This document shows positions 31,217-41,607 of a stretch of DNA of 64,000 bases, in pieces (position 1 is the first letter of the stretch; the number at the start of each line of letters is the position of its first letter). Both the position numbers and the translations under genes were made by a program. The notes beneath the pieces were generated by a model, which saw only the letters and a list, made by a program, of their open reading frames with translations, did no database searches and was not told the DNA's origin. Origin of the DNA: a virus; IMG/VR virus record IMGVR_UViG_2974497520_000001, positions 68,091 through 132,090 of that record; one strand, 5' to 3'.

Positions 31217-31798
31217 ATGTATTGTACTTACTTAACCATATACACGGGGTCTAAACTACCCCGTCGTTATATTGGCTCAACATACGTTGAAAGGATTCTC
31301 AAAGAAGGATATAATGGTTCTGTATTATCCCAAGCATATAAAAAGATTTGGAATCTAGAACGTAAAGAAAATCCGCACCTTTTCAAAACCAGAATTTTAT
31401 CTTTATTTGAAACCGATAAAGAAGCTCGTATAGCTGAGAAAGAGCTTCAAATAAAGTATAATGTAGTTAAATCTAAAAACTATATAAATATGTCATTAGC
31501 TCAGCCTGACGGGTTCTTTGGAATGTCTCGTAAAGGGATTCCAATGAGTGAACATGCCAAACAGCTACAAAGAGATTGTAGGTTAGGTAAAAAGAGGCCT
31601 GAACATTCTAAAGCTCTAAAAGGACGTAAGCGACCAGACCAAGCCAAAGCTATGTCTGGTGAAGGTAATCCGATGTTTGGTAAAGAACATCCGGCTAAAG
31701 GCAAAAAGATTAATCAGCCAAGGATGATTTGCCCTATCTGTGGTGTTGAATCAACTCGTTCGGCTATAACACGTTATCACAAACATGAAAATGAATGA
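31217..31798 (+). mobile_element. Free-standing Seg-type GIY-YIG homing endonuclease between genes 19 and 20
   Basis: YCTY...RRYIGST catalytic motif, conserved E and N, NUMOD3-like GEGNPMFGK, C-terminal CPICG. Confidence 0.85.
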
Positions 31799-31799
31799 G

Positions 31800-31833
31800 T
31801 ATAAATAGAATTATCAAGGAGCTTCGGCTCCTT
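31800..31833 (+). promoter_or_regulatory. Late promoter for gene 20 followed by a UUCG hairpin
   Basis: TATAAATA 31800-31807; AAGGAGC-TTCG-GCTCCTT 31816-31833. Confidence 0.75.
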
Positions 31834-31855
31834 ATCCCATTCATCGGAGACTCTA

Positions 31856-33430
31856 ATGGCAAACTTTAATACAATATTAAGTTTTCTTAAGCCATGGGCT
31901 AATGAAGACGAAAAAGAATATAAACAACAAATTAATAACAATTTAGAGTCTGTCACCGCACCTAAGCTTGATGATGGCGCTCGCGAAATTGAGACACAAG
32001 AGCAAAATATTCCTTATAATGCTCTTATGCAACAGATGTTTGGTAGTAATGAGCCTGAAGTTAAAAATACCAGGGAACTTATTGATACCTACCGTAATTT
32101 AATGAACAACTATGAAGTCGACAACGCCGTACAGGAAATTGTGTCTGACGCTATTGTCTATGAGGATGATAAAGAAGTAGTTGCATTGAATTTAGACGGG
32201 ACAGAATTTAGTCAAGCAATTAAAGATAAAATCTTGGCCGAATTCAGTGAAGTTTTAAACCTTTTAAATTTCCAACGTAAAGGTACTGACCATTTCCAAC
32301 GCTGGTATGTAGACTCAAGAATTTTCTTTCATAAAATTATAAACCCTAAAAAAATGAAAGATGGCGTACAAGAGCTTCGTCGCTTAGACCCACGCCAAGT
32401 CCAATATATTCGTGAAATCGTTACACGTATGGAAGATGGCGTTAAAGTTGTAGACGGATATCGCGAGTTTTTCGTTTATGATACAGGCCATGAAAGTTAT
32501 TGCGCTGATGGACGCATTTATTCAGCCGGGACTAAAGTTAAAATTCCTCGTGCTGCAGTGGTTTATGCTCATTCTGGATTATTAGATTGTTGTGGTAAAA
32601 ACATCATTGGCTATTTGCAACGTGCTATTAAGCCTGCAAACCAGCTTAAATTGATGGAAGACGCAATGGTCATCTACCGTATTACACGTGCTCCTGACCG
32701 TCGTGTGTTTTATATCGATACAGGTAATATGCCTTCACGTAAGGCTGCAGCACAAATGCAACATATCATGAACACGATGAAAAACCGTGTGGTGTATGAT
32801 GCTTCGACAGGTAAAATTAAAAACCAACAACACAATATGTCCATGACTGAAGACTATTGGTTGCAACGTCGTGATGGTAAAGCGGTAACAGAAGTTGATA
32901 CAATGCCAGGTGCTACTGGTATGAGTGATATGGATGACGTTCTTTATTTCCGCACAGCACTTTACCGTGCGTTGCGTGTTCCTGAATCACGTATCCCTAG
33001 CGAGTCTAATTCTGGTGTTATGTTTGATGCCGGTACAGCAATCACTCGTGACGAATTAAAATTCTCTAAATGGATTCGTCAACTACAAAACAAATTTGAA
33101 GAAATTTTCCTAGACCCGTTAAAAACAAACCTCATTCTTAAAAAGATTATTACAGAAGATGAGTGGGAAAAGGAAATAAATAATATTAAAGTTACGTTTA
33201 ACCGTGATAGCTATTTCAGTGAAATGAAAGATGCTGAAATCATGGAACGCAGAATCAATATGCTAACGATGGCTGAACCATTTATTGGTAAGTATATTTC
33301 ACATCAAACGGCTATGAAAGATTTCCTCCAAATGACCGACGAAGAAATTAATCAAGAAGCTAAGCAAATTGAAGAAGAGTCTAAAGAGGCTCGTTTCCAA
33401 AACCCAGATGAAGAAGAAGAGGATTTCTAA
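31856..33430 (+). CDS. 20: gp20 portal
   Basis: [21 protein letters not shown]; [11 protein letters not shown]. Confidence 0.97.
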   Translation: MANFNTILSFLKPWANEDEKEYKQQINNNLESVTAPKLDDGAREIETQEQNIPYNALMQQMFGSNEPEVKNTRELIDTYRNLMNNYEVDNAVQEIVSDAIVYEDDKEVVALNLDGTEFSQAIKDKILAEFSEVLNLLNFQRKGTDHFQRWYVDSRIFFHKIINPKKMKDGVQELRRLDPRQVQYIREIVTRMEDGVKVVDGYREFFVYDTGHESYCADGRIYSAGTKVKIPRAAVVYAHSGLLDCCGKNIIGYLQRAIKPANQLKLMEDAMVIYRITRAPDRRVFYIDTGNMPSRKAAAQMQHIMNTMKNRVVYDASTGKIKNQQHNMSMTEDYWLQRRDGKAVTEVDTMPGATGMSDMDDVLYFRTALYRALRVPESRIPSESNSGVMFDAGTAITRDELKFSKWIRQLQNKFEEIFLDPLKTNLILKKIITEDEWEKEINNIKVTFNRDSYFSEMKDAEIMERRINMLTMAEPFIGKYISHQTAMKDFLQMTDEEINQEAKQIEEESKEARFQNPDEEEEDF

Positions 33431-33675
33431 TGGAAGATTTAATCGAAGCTATTAAATCAAACGACCTCGTAGCAGTTCGTAAAGCAGCAGCCCCGCTTAT
33501 CGAATCTCGAGTAACCGCTTTGATTGAAGCCCGTAAAGCAGAAATTGCTCGCTCCGTTATGATTGAAGGCGAAGAAGCTGACGAAGATGACGAAGACGAC
33601 GAAAAATCCGATAAAGCAGATAAGAAAGACAAAAAAGAATCTGACGATGCGGATGATGACGAGGACGACGAATAA
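33430..33675 (+). CDS. 67: gp67 prohead core protein
   Basis: [18 protein letters not shown]; acidic tail. Confidence 0.9.
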   Translation: MEDLIEAIKSNDLVAVRKAAAPLIESRVTALIEARKAEIARSVMIEGEEADEDDEDDEKSDKADKKDKKESDDADDDEDDE

Positions 33676-34103
33676 TGTTCCTTATCCCTGATGATTACGA
33701 ATTAACTCTAGAAAGCGTAGAGGCCAAAATTCCAGAAGCACAGGGACGTTTTGCTGCTCTTTCTGAAGCGCTCGAGAAAAGCGATATAAATAATCTTGTA
33801 GAGAACATGATTGCTGAAGGCGATATCGAATGTGCTATCGCTCTTGGTTCTTTAAATGAATCAATGGCTCTTAACGAATTTATCGTTAAACACGTTTCCT
33901 CTAAAGGTGAGCTTACTCGTACTAAAGATATTAAAACCCGTCAACGTAATGCGTTCCAAACGACAGGTTTATCTAAAGCAAAACGCCGTCAGATTGCTCG
34001 TAAAGCATCTAAAACCAAACGTGCTAATCCGTCTACTCAAGTACGTGCCGAACGTAAGCGTAAGAAAGCCCGTTCTAAACGTAAAGCTTTTGGACTTAAC
34101 TAA
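33675..34103 (+). CDS. 68: gp68 prohead core protein
   Basis: [10 protein letters not shown]...[18 protein letters not shown]. Confidence 0.95.
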   Translation: MFLIPDDYELTLESVEAKIPEAQGRFAALSEALEKSDINNLVENMIAEGDIECAIALGSLNESMALNEFIVKHVSSKGELTRTKDIKTRQRNAFQTTGLSKAKRRQIARKASKTKRANPSTQVRAERKRKKARSKRKAFGLN

Positions 34104-34738
34104 TGAAACCTGAATTGCTCATCGAACATTGGGGACAACCAGGTGAAATTATCGATGGGGTTCCTATGTTGGAATCTCATGATGGAAAAAATTCTGGGCT
34201 TGCTCCCGGCCTTTATATAGAAGGCATTTTCATGCAAGCAGAGGTAGTTAACCGTAATAAACGCCTTTACCCAAAACCTATTTTGGAAAAAGCCGTTGCC
34301 GATTATATGGCAGAACAGGTTGCTACTAAACAAGCTTTAGGAGAATTAAACCACCCACCTCGTGCTAACGTTGACCCTATGCAAGCTGCTATCATTATTG
34401 AAGATATGTGGTGGAAAGGTAATGATGTTTATGGACGTGCACGTATCATCGAAGGTGACCATGGCCCTGGTGATAAACTAGCTGCAAATATCCGAGCTGG
34501 CTGGGTTCCTGGTGTTAGTTCTCGCGGTCTTGGTTCTTTAACTGAAACCAATAAAGGATATAAGCGTGTAAACGAAGGTTATAAATTAACCGTCGGTGTT
34601 GATGCAGTATGGGGACCATCTGCTCCTGATGCTTATGTAACTCCGAAGCAAATTACAGAATCACAAACGGTAGAAACCGATACCAGTGCCGATGACGCCT
34701 TTATGGCTCTCGCAGAGGCCATGAAAAAAGCGTTATAA
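34103..34738 (+). CDS. 21: gp21 prohead protease
   Basis: GELNHPPR and GVSSRGLGSL catalytic motifs. Confidence 0.97.
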   Translation: MKPELLIEHWGQPGEIIDGVPMLESHDGKNSGLAPGLYIEGIFMQAEVVNRNKRLYPKPILEKAVADYMAEQVATKQALGELNHPPRANVDPMQAAIIIEDMWWKGNDVYGRARIIEGDHGPGDKLAANIRAGWVPGVSSRGLGSLTETNKGYKRVNEGYKLTVGVDAVWGPSAPDAYVTPKQITESQTVETDTSADDAFMALAEAMKKAL

Positions 34739-34741
34739 ATA
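34734..34741 (+). promoter_or_regulatory. Late promoter for gene 22
   Basis: TATAAATA. Confidence 0.85.
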
Positions 34742-34768
34742 TTATTATCTAAACAACAGGACTACAAA

Positions 34769-35584
34769 ATGCTTAAAGAACAACTGATCGCCGAAGCACA
34801 GAATATTGATGCTTCCGTTGCTCTTGACAGTATTTTCGAATCAGTTAATATTTCTCCGGAAGCAAAAGAAACTTTCGGCACTGTATTCGAAGCTACCGTC
34901 AAGCAACACGCCGTGAAACTGGCTGAATCTCACATCGCTAAAATCGCTGAAAAAGCGGAAGAAGAAGTCGAGAAAAATAAAGAAGAAGCTGAAGAAAAAG
35001 CCGATAAGAAAATCCAAGAAGCTGCCGGTCGTTTCCTTGACCACGTTGCTAAAGAATGGATGGCTGAAAACCAGCTGGCTGTTGATAAAGGTATTAAAGC
35101 CGAACTGTTCGAATCCATGTTGATGGGTATGAAAGAACTGTTTGTTGAACACAATGTGGTTGTTCCAGAAGAAGCAGTAGATGTTGTTGCTGAAATGGAA
35201 GAAGAACTCCAAGAGCAGAAAGATGAAACCGCTCGTCTGTTCGAAGAAGTTGGTAAGCGCGACGCGTATATTAATTACGTACAGCGTGAAGTTGCTGTTA
35301 CGGAAGCAACTAAAGACCTGACTGAATCCCAAAAAGAAAAAGTTAGTTCTCTGGTAGAAGGCATGGATTATTCCGATGCATTCGGTAGAAAAATTGGCGC
35401 TATTGTTGAAATGGTTAAAGGTCAGTCTGACGTTGAAAACCCAATCACCGAAGCCGCTATAAATAAAAATGTAGACGATGCTGCGGCACTGAATTACATT
35501 TCAGAAGCAGTTGAAGAAAAAGGCGCTAAGCCTACCCTGTCCTTCGCGGACCTGTCTGCAATCGCAGCATCACGAATTTCTTAA
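34769..35584 (+). CDS. 22: gp22 prohead scaffold
   Basis: MLKEQLIAEAQNIDASVALDSIFES. Confidence 0.95.
   Translation: MLKEQLIAEAQNIDASVALDSIFESVNISPEAKETFGTVFEATVKQHAVKLAESHIAKIAEKAEEEVEKNKEEAEEKADKKIQEAAGRFLDHVAKEWMAENQLAVDKGIKAELFESMLMGMKELFVEHNVVVPEEAVDVVAEMEEELQEQKDETARLFEEVGKRDAYINYVQREVAVTEATKDLTESQKEKVSSLVEGMDYSDAFGRKIGAIVEMVKGQSDVENPITEAAINKNVDDAAALNYISEAVEEKGAKPTLSFADLSAIAASRIS
35458..35465 (+). promoter_or_regulatory. Late promoter for gene 23 inside gene 22
   Basis: TATAAATA. Confidence 0.75.
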
Positions 35585-35605
35585 TTTAATAAGGTTATAC
35601 AACAC

Positions 35606-37165
35606 ATGAAAAAGAATGCATTAGTTCAAAAATGGTCCGCTCTGCTGGAAAACGAAGCCCTTCCTGAAATCGTGGGTGCTTCTAAACAAGCTATCATCGC
35701 TAAAATTTTCGAAAACCAGGAACAAGACATCCTGACTGCTCCGGAATACCGTGATGAAAAAATCTCTGAAGCATTTGGTTCTTTCCTGACCGAAGCTGAA
35801 ATTGGTGGTGACCACGGTTATGATGCTACCAATATCGCAGCTGGCCAGACTTCTGGTGCTGTAACTCAGATTGGGCCGGCAGTAATGGGTATGGTTCGTC
35901 GTGCTATTCCTCATCTGATTGCTTTTGATATTTGTGGTGTTCAGCCTCTGAATAACCCTACCGGCCAGGTATTTGCCCTTCGTGCAGTTTATGGTAAAGA
36001 CCCTATCGCTTCTGGCGCTAAAGAAGCTTTCCATCCGATGTATTCTCCAGACGCTATGTTCTCTGGTCAGGGTGCTGCTGAAACTTTCGAAGCACTGGCT
36101 GCAAGCAAAGTTCTGGAAGTTGGTAAAATTTATTCTCACTTCTTCGAAGCTACCGGTGCTGCACACTTCCAGGCTGTCGAAGCCGTAACCGTTGATGCTG
36201 CTGCTACTGATGCCGCTAAACTGGATGCTGCTGTTACCGCTTTGATTGAAGCTGGTAAGTTGGCTGAATTGGCTGAAGGTATGGCTACTTCTATCGCTGA
36301 ACTTCAGGAAGGCTTTAACGGTTCTACCGATAACCCGTGGAACGAAATGGGCTTCCGCATCGACAAACAAGTTATCGAAGCTAAATCCCGTCAGCTGAAA
36401 GCAAGCTACTCTATCGAACTGGCACAGGACCTTCGTGCAGTACACGGTATGGATGCAGATGCTGAACTGTCCGGTATCCTTGCTACCGAAATTATGCTCG
36501 AAATCAACCGTGAAGTTATCGATTGGATTAACTACTCTGCACAGGTTGGTAAATCTGGTATGACCAACACCGTTGGCGCTAAAGCTGGTGTGTTTGACTT
36601 CCAGGACCCGATTGATATCCGTGGTGCTCGTTGGGCCGGTGAGAGCTTTAAAGCCCTTCTGTTCCAGATTGATAAAGAAGCAGCCGAAATCGCTCGTCAG
36701 ACCGGTCGTGGTGCTGGTAACTTCATCATCGCTTCCCGTAACGTAGTTAACGTACTGGCTGCAGTTGATACTTCTGTAAGTTATGCAGCTCAAGGTCTGG
36801 GTCAAGGTTTCAACGTTGACACAACCAAAGCAGTATTTGCCGGTGTTCTTGGTGGTAAATATCGCGTTTACATCGACCAGTATGCACGTTCCGATTACTT
36901 CACCATCGGTTATAAAGGCGCTAACGAAATGGACGCAGGTATCTACTATGCTCCGTACGTTGCACTGACCCCGCTGCGTGGTTCCGATCCGAAGAACTTC
37001 CAACCGGTAATGGGCTTCAAAACTCGTTACGGTATCGGTATCAACCCGTTCGCTGACCCTGCTGCTCAGGCTCCTACCAAACGTATCCAGAATGGTATGC
37101 CTGACATCGTTAACAGCCTTGGTCTGAATGGTTACTTCCGTCGCGTATATGTTAAAGGTATCTAA
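35606..37165 (+). CDS. 23: gp23 major capsid protein
   Basis: FLTE-AEIGGDHGY cleavage site; KSRQLKASYSIELAQDLRAVHG. Confidence 0.98.
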   Translation: MKKNALVQKWSALLENEALPEIVGASKQAIIAKIFENQEQDILTAPEYRDEKISEAFGSFLTEAEIGGDHGYDATNIAAGQTSGAVTQIGPAVMGMVRRAIPHLIAFDICGVQPLNNPTGQVFALRAVYGKDPIASGAKEAFHPMYSPDAMFSGQGAAETFEALAASKVLEVGKIYSHFFEATGAAHFQAVEAVTVDAAATDAAKLDAAVTALIEAGKLAELAEGMATSIAELQEGFNGSTDNPWNEMGFRIDKQVIEAKSRQLKASYSIELAQDLRAVHGMDADAELSGILATEIMLEINREVIDWINYSAQVGKSGMTNTVGAKAGVFDFQDPIDIRGARWAGESFKALLFQIDKEAAEIARQTGRGAGNFIIASRNVVNVLAAVDTSVSYAAQGLGQGFNVDTTKAVFAGVLGGKYRVYIDQYARSDYFTIGYKGANEMDAGIYYAPYVALTPLRGSDPKNFQPVMGFKTRYGIGINPFADPAAQAPTKRIQNGMPDIVNSLGLNGYFRRVYVKGI

Positions 37166-37180
37166 GATATAACCTTATTA

Positions 37181-37204
37181 TGGGAGACTTCGGTCTCCCA
37201 TTCT
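37181..37204 (+). terminator. Terminator after gene 23
   Basis: TGGGAGAC-TTCG-GTCTCCCA-TTCT. Confidence 0.85.
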
Positions 37205-37214
37205 TGTTTCTGTA

Positions 37215-37481
37215 TTATGCAATCTTAACTCGGCGGTTGATGATATCACGGAAGTCAATACGATTTTCTTGGATTTTCAGCCAGTTACCAGATTTGTCTT
37301 TGGTATGGGTAGAGTATTCACCGTTCCACCAGAAGTCGGTAGCATAAGCCATGGCTTCGTATTTCTTAACTAAGGCATTCACTGCATTACCATTAGGATT
37401 GTTACCGAATTTTTCTACCAGAGCTTTGATGTCTTTATCAAGAGCGGAAAGAGTAGTACGAATAAAGTTTAACTTGTTCAT
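37215..37481 (-). CDS. Hypothetical early protein (88 aa) inserted antisense between genes 23 and 24
   Basis: GAGGAG Shine-Dalgarno and its own early promoter; MNKLNFIRTT... Confidence 0.75.
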   Translation of the reverse strand: MNKLNFIRTTLSALDKDIKALVEKFGNNPNGNAVNALVKKYEAMAYATDFWWNGEYSTHTKDKSGNWLKIQENRIDFRDIINRRVKIA

Positions 37482-37510
37482 TTTTAATCTCCTCATGTTT
37501 TGATAGGTCT

Positions 37511-37540
37511 ATAGTAACATGTGAGAATCTTGCTGTAAAC
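37511..37540 (-). promoter_or_regulatory. Early promoter
   Basis: GTTTACA-17-TACTAT then AGACCTATCAAAAC; back-to-back with the late promoter at 37547-37554 (+). Confidence 0.85.
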
Positions 37541-37582
37541 AACTTTTATAAATAAACATATACCCTCAATAAGGAAAGCGCA

Positions 37583-38866
37583 ATGGCAAAGATTAACGAA
37601 TTACTGCGCGAGTCAACAACTACTTCCAGCAACTCATTGGGTCGCCCTAATCTTGTTGCTTTGACCCGTGCTACAACCAAATTGATTTACCGTGATATTA
37701 TCGCCGAACAACGTACTAGCCAGCCTATTGCTGCACTGTATGGTGTCAAATATCTTACCCCTGATAATGAATTTAGTTTCCAGACAGGTGCCTCTTATGG
37801 TGGTGAAGTTGGTTCTAAAGACCGTGAAACTATCCCAGAACTCACAGATAAGGCCCAGGCGATTGCTCAGGGTGAATATTTCAAGTACCAGAATGTGGTT
37901 TATAAGGCTCTTAAAGCAAGCCCACTCGCGTCCACTAGCGCCACAGAATTGGCTGAGGCTCTTCAAGAAGGTTTAGTGTCATTAACATGTCGTCTGGTTC
38001 CTGATGCTGCCCATACCACTAAATTTGAAGCGAGTGATGTAGAAATCTCTGATGCTGTATTCCAGGTTAATAAATGGAATGCTCCGGTTAAGACCCGTAA
38101 ATTGAAGACGGCTTTGACTGTAGAATTAGCGCAGGATATGGAATCAAATGGCTTTGACGCGCCGGCGTTCTTAGAAGACCTCTTGGCTACAGTAATGGCA
38201 GATGAAATTAATAAAGACGTTCTGCAATCTCTAATAACCGTATCCAAACGTTATAAAGTTACTGGTGTATCTGATAACGGCATCATCGATTTGTCTTATG
38301 ACAGTGCTCCTGAATCTGCACGTAAACTTTATGAACTCGTTTGTGAGATGAATTCTGAAATCCAGAAAACTACTTCTTATTCTGGCACGTTTGTTGTGGC
38401 TTCAAGTCGTGTGGCTGCAATGCTTGCAGGTTCTGGCTGGTTAAAACATAAACCCGAAGATAATAATTGGCTTCCGGAAACTGCATACGGATATTTGTTG
38501 AATGGGCTGCCTCTGTTTTGTGACGTTAACAGTCCATTAGATTATGTTACCGTTGGTGTTAAAGAGAATTACGGCGGTAATGAAGTTGTCGGTTCTATTT
38601 TCTACGCTCCCTATACCGAAGGCTTAGATTTAGATGACCAAGAACACGTCGGTGCTTATAAGGTTATTGTTGACCCGGATTCATTACAACCTTCTATTTC
38701 TCTGATGGTTCGTTATGCACTATCAGCTAACCCGTACACCGTGGCTAAAGACGATAAAGAAGCTCGTGTTATCGATGCAACCAATATGGATTTAATGGCT
38801 GGGCAGAGCAATATGTCTTATCTGGTTGGCGTTAAACTTCCGGCAATTATTTACGAGGCTGATTAA
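37583..38866 (+). CDS. 24: gp24 head vertex protein (copy 1)
   Basis: MAKINELLRE-STT...GRPNLVALTRAT. Confidence 0.95.
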   Translation: MAKINELLRESTTTSSNSLGRPNLVALTRATTKLIYRDIIAEQRTSQPIAALYGVKYLTPDNEFSFQTGASYGGEVGSKDRETIPELTDKAQAIAQGEYFKYQNVVYKALKASPLASTSATELAEALQEGLVSLTCRLVPDAAHTTKFEASDVEISDAVFQVNKWNAPVKTRKLKTALTVELAQDMESNGFDAPAFLEDLLATVMADEINKDVLQSLITVSKRYKVTGVSDNGIIDLSYDSAPESARKLYELVCEMNSEIQKTTSYSGTFVVASSRVAAMLAGSGWLKHKPEDNNWLPETAYGYLLNGLPLFCDVNSPLDYVTVGVKENYGGNEVVGSIFYAPYTEGLDLDDQEHVGAYKVIVDPDSLQPSISLMVRYALSANPYTVAKDDKEARVIDATNMDLMAGQSNMSYLVGVKLPAIIYEAD

Positions 38867-40146
38867 TGTCTAAGATTGTAGACCTAATTAAAGAATCCAC
38901 ATTGACGGCTGCCAGCTCGGTTGGCCGTCCTGCTCTTCTTTCATACACCCAAGCAACTAATAAACGAATCTTTAAAGCCCTAGTTGCTGAACAAAAAACA
39001 AATCAACCGGTTGCTGCTCTGTATGGGGTACGTGTACTGAATCCTGACGACAAAATGACTTATCTTGGTGGAGCAACATTTGCGGGCCAGATTGGTATGA
39101 CGGAACGTGAAAATATTCCAGAATTTACTGATTCATCTACAGCTTATGCGGTCGGTGATATGTTCCAGTTTGAAAGCGTAGTGTTTAAAGTTCTAGAAGC
39201 ATCTCCTTTCGCCGGAACCACAGAAACCAACCTCAGCGAAGTTATTTCTGAAGCAGTGGCAGCCGGCCATATCCGTATGGTGTCGGATGCTGCTATTACT
39301 TCTAAATTTGAACAGGGCCATCCTGAAATTGCTGAAACCGGATTCCGTATCGACAAATGGCAATCTGAAGTTAAATCACGTAAACTGAAAACTTCATTGA
39401 CAGTCGAATTAGCCCAAGACCTAGAATCTAACGGGTTTAATGCTCCTAATTTCGTTGAAAATCTGCTAGGCATTCAAATGGCAGAAGAAATTAATAAGGA
39501 TGTATTACAGTCATTAATTACCGTGAGCTCTCGTTTTAAAGTCCAGGGTGTTTCTGAAAAGGGTGTATTAGACCTTACCAACCCTCGCTACGATAATGCC
39601 CAGGACCGTGCTCGCACATTATATTATTATATGTGTGAGATGAACTCTGCCGTCCAACGACAGACTTCTTTTGCCGGGACTTATGCAGTAGCTAGTTCTC
39701 GTTGTGCTGCTATTCTCGCCGCCTCTGGTTGGGTTGAGAAAAAGGAAGACCAGGACGAATTGGCTTATGGTATATTAAAGAATGGCCTACCACTTTATGC
39801 TGATATGAATAGTCCATGTGATTATGTTATTGTTGGTGTAAATGCCCAGATGGGTGAAGGACAGACGGTCGCATCTTTATATTATGCGCCTTATACGGAA
39901 GGTTTGAATGTGGTTGACGAAGAAGGTGATACTTCAGTTGGTGAATTTAAGGTTATTGTTGACCCGGAAAGCTTACAACCTACAGTAGCATTGCTTGCTC
40001 GTTATGCATTGACTGCAAACCCTTATACCGTCGCTAAGGACGATAAAGAAGCCCGCATTATTGATGGTTCTGATATGGACAAAATGGCTAATCAAAGTCA
40101 ATTGAGTTCTTATCTCGGCGTAAAATTACCGCCTTTAGAAAAATAA
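38866..40146 (+). CDS. Second gp24-like head vertex paralogue
   Basis: MSKIVDLIKE-STLT...; same motifs (KSRKLKTSLTVELAQDLE, YALTANPYTVAKDDKEARII). Confidence 0.9.
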   Translation: MSKIVDLIKESTLTAASSVGRPALLSYTQATNKRIFKALVAEQKTNQPVAALYGVRVLNPDDKMTYLGGATFAGQIGMTERENIPEFTDSSTAYAVGDMFQFESVVFKVLEASPFAGTTETNLSEVISEAVAAGHIRMVSDAAITSKFEQGHPEIAETGFRIDKWQSEVKSRKLKTSLTVELAQDLESNGFNAPNFVENLLGIQMAEEINKDVLQSLITVSSRFKVQGVSEKGVLDLTNPRYDNAQDRARTLYYYMCEMNSAVQRQTSFAGTYAVASSRCAAILAASGWVEKKEDQDELAYGILKNGLPLYADMNSPCDYVIVGVNAQMGEGQTVASLYYAPYTEGLNVVDEEGDTSVGEFKVIVDPESLQPTVALLARYALTANPYTVAKDDKEARIIDGSDMDKMANQSQLSSYLGVKLPPLEK

Positions 40147-40167
40147 AAGGGACCGTAAGGTCCCTTT
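40146..40167. terminator. Bidirectional terminator between the 24-like gene and rnlB
   Basis: AAAGGGACC-GTAA-GGTCCCTTT. Confidence 0.8.
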
Positions 40168-40172
40168 ATCGT

Positions 40173-41180
40173 TTATTTGGATACTAGTTCAATCCATACA
40201 TGTCTTAATGTTTCTTTTACGCACTCAACGAGCTGCTTTTTAACTTCAACGGGATTTTCCGCATCAGTTAATTCCAATTCTTCACGGGCGGCTTCTTCAA
40301 GGATATCCTGGACTGTCAAGCCCATCACCTTTCCGAAATCCTTCGGCGATACTTCGCCAATCTTACTGATGACATTGTTAATGCGGTTAACAGTCACATA
40401 ATCGGTGAATTGCCACATCAAATCCATATCGTCTTGGGACAATACCACTGCAACTTTAATAGGCTTATCAGACTTTTTCTTCTCGCTGAATTTAGAGTTC
40501 TTACATTTAATCGCCACACGATTTCCGTTTGGAAGCCAGAGCGGATAACAAGGTTTTAATACGTACCCTTCAGCGGTAAATACTTCACCTTTTACTTCAG
40601 CATTCCACACATAGGCATTAGCTTCAATTAGCCCGACGTTATCTACCATAAAATTATAATCAGGAAGGACGGAATCTAAATCATTTGGCAATTTAATAAG
40701 GTCTTCAAATTTACCACGTCCTAAAAGTGGAGCCAGTTTAAATCCAAAGGTCTTACAAAATGATTCCATCATATAATCATCGACATAGGTCACATCACCA
40801 CTTTCGGTGGTAACAATAATGTCAAATACATAAAAATCTTTAGCACCGTAATCAACATTCTTCTGAATGCCTGTTCCAGCGAATTCACCGAAAACTTGAT
40901 AAGATACAGCTGCCGAAGTTTCCATAATATCTTGTACGGCTTTAATAGAATCGGCATAGTTCTTAAGTACAATTTCATAGCCATAGAAATCTTCAGCAGG
41001 GAGGATAGGGCCAGTGCGCTTGGCGCATGTGACTGCGTCACGTTCTATGATTAAACTAAAGTTGGTTCCATGAATCTTCTCACGTGCTACCCATTCACCA
41101 CCAGTCAAACCATTAGTACGGAGTTTTTCGATAAACTTACTGTTGTAGTGGTTTTCGAGACTGCTATATTTCTTGAACAT
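40173..41180 (-). CDS. rnlB: RNA ligase 2
   Basis: EKIHGTNFS motif I, FGEFAG, FYVFDI, EGYVLK, AIKCK. Confidence 0.97.
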   Translation of the reverse strand: MFKKYSSLENHYNSKFIEKLRTNGLTGGEWVAREKIHGTNFSLIIERDAVTCAKRTGPILPAEDFYGYEIVLKNYADSIKAVQDIMETSAAVSYQVFGEFAGTGIQKNVDYGAKDFYVFDIIVTTESGDVTYVDDYMMESFCKTFGFKLAPLLGRGKFEDLIKLPNDLDSVLPDYNFMVDNVGLIEANAYVWNAEVKGEVFTAEGYVLKPCYPLWLPNGNRVAIKCKNSKFSEKKKSDKPIKVAVVLSQDDMDLMWQFTDYVTVNRINNVISKIGEVSPKDFGKVMGLTVQDILEEAAREELELTDAENPVEVKKQLVECVKETLRHVWIELVSK

Positions 41181-41266
41181 AAATCACCATAATAAATATA
41201 ATTAAATAGAAGAGCTAGTAGTCTTCTGTCACCAAGCCAAATGGTTTAACGGAAGGACCTAGACCC

Positions 41267-41294
41267 ATTATATCACACCTAAATTTAAAGCATA
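41267..41294 (-). promoter_or_regulatory. MotA middle promoter for rnlB
   Basis: TATGCTTTA, 13-nt spacer, TATAAT. Confidence 0.85.
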
Positions 41295-41504
41295 TTACTT
41301 TGAACTAGAACGCGCTTTGCGCCGAACCTTGTTGTTCAATCTTTTACGATAAACAACCTTTTCTTTCGCTTTAAATTTGGCCTTGGCTTGTTCTACATCA
41401 ACCCATGCTTTGGCCATGTCCTTAGCGGTCCCGCCCATTTTTTTAGCAATTTCTATAAAATTCAACCCAGATTCGTGTAAAAAATGTACTTTAACCTTAT
41501 CCAT
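41295..41504 (-). CDS. 24.3: gp24.3-like small basic protein
   Basis: LHESGLNFIEIA...KVVYRKR; early promoter at 41534-41563 (GTTTACA-17-TAAGAT). Confidence 0.65.
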   Translation of the reverse strand: MDKVKVHFLHESGLNFIEIAKKMGGTAKDMAKAWVDVEQAKAKFKAKEKVVYRKRLNNKVRRKARSSSK

Positions 41505-41584
41505 AACAATTCTCTCGTTGAGTTGGTAAACCCATCTTAACATAGAATTTTTAACTTGTAAACAGGAATTTTGTACTTTAATGC

Positions 41585-41606
41585 AAAATGGGCCTTGCGG
41601 CCCATT
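41585..41606 (-). terminator. Terminator after hoc
   Basis: AATGGGCC-GCAA-GGCCCATT-TT on the minus strand. Confidence 0.8.
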
Positions 41607-41607
41607 A

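Noticed and set aside
33560-33675. GAT/GAC/GAA-rich low-complexity tract
   Set aside because: Encodes the normal acidic tail of gp67; not a tandem-repeat element.
35621-37003. 460-aa ORF antisense to gene 23
   Set aside because: Shadow frame expected from the strong codon bias of a highly expressed gene; no RBS or promoter seen and no recognisable motifs.
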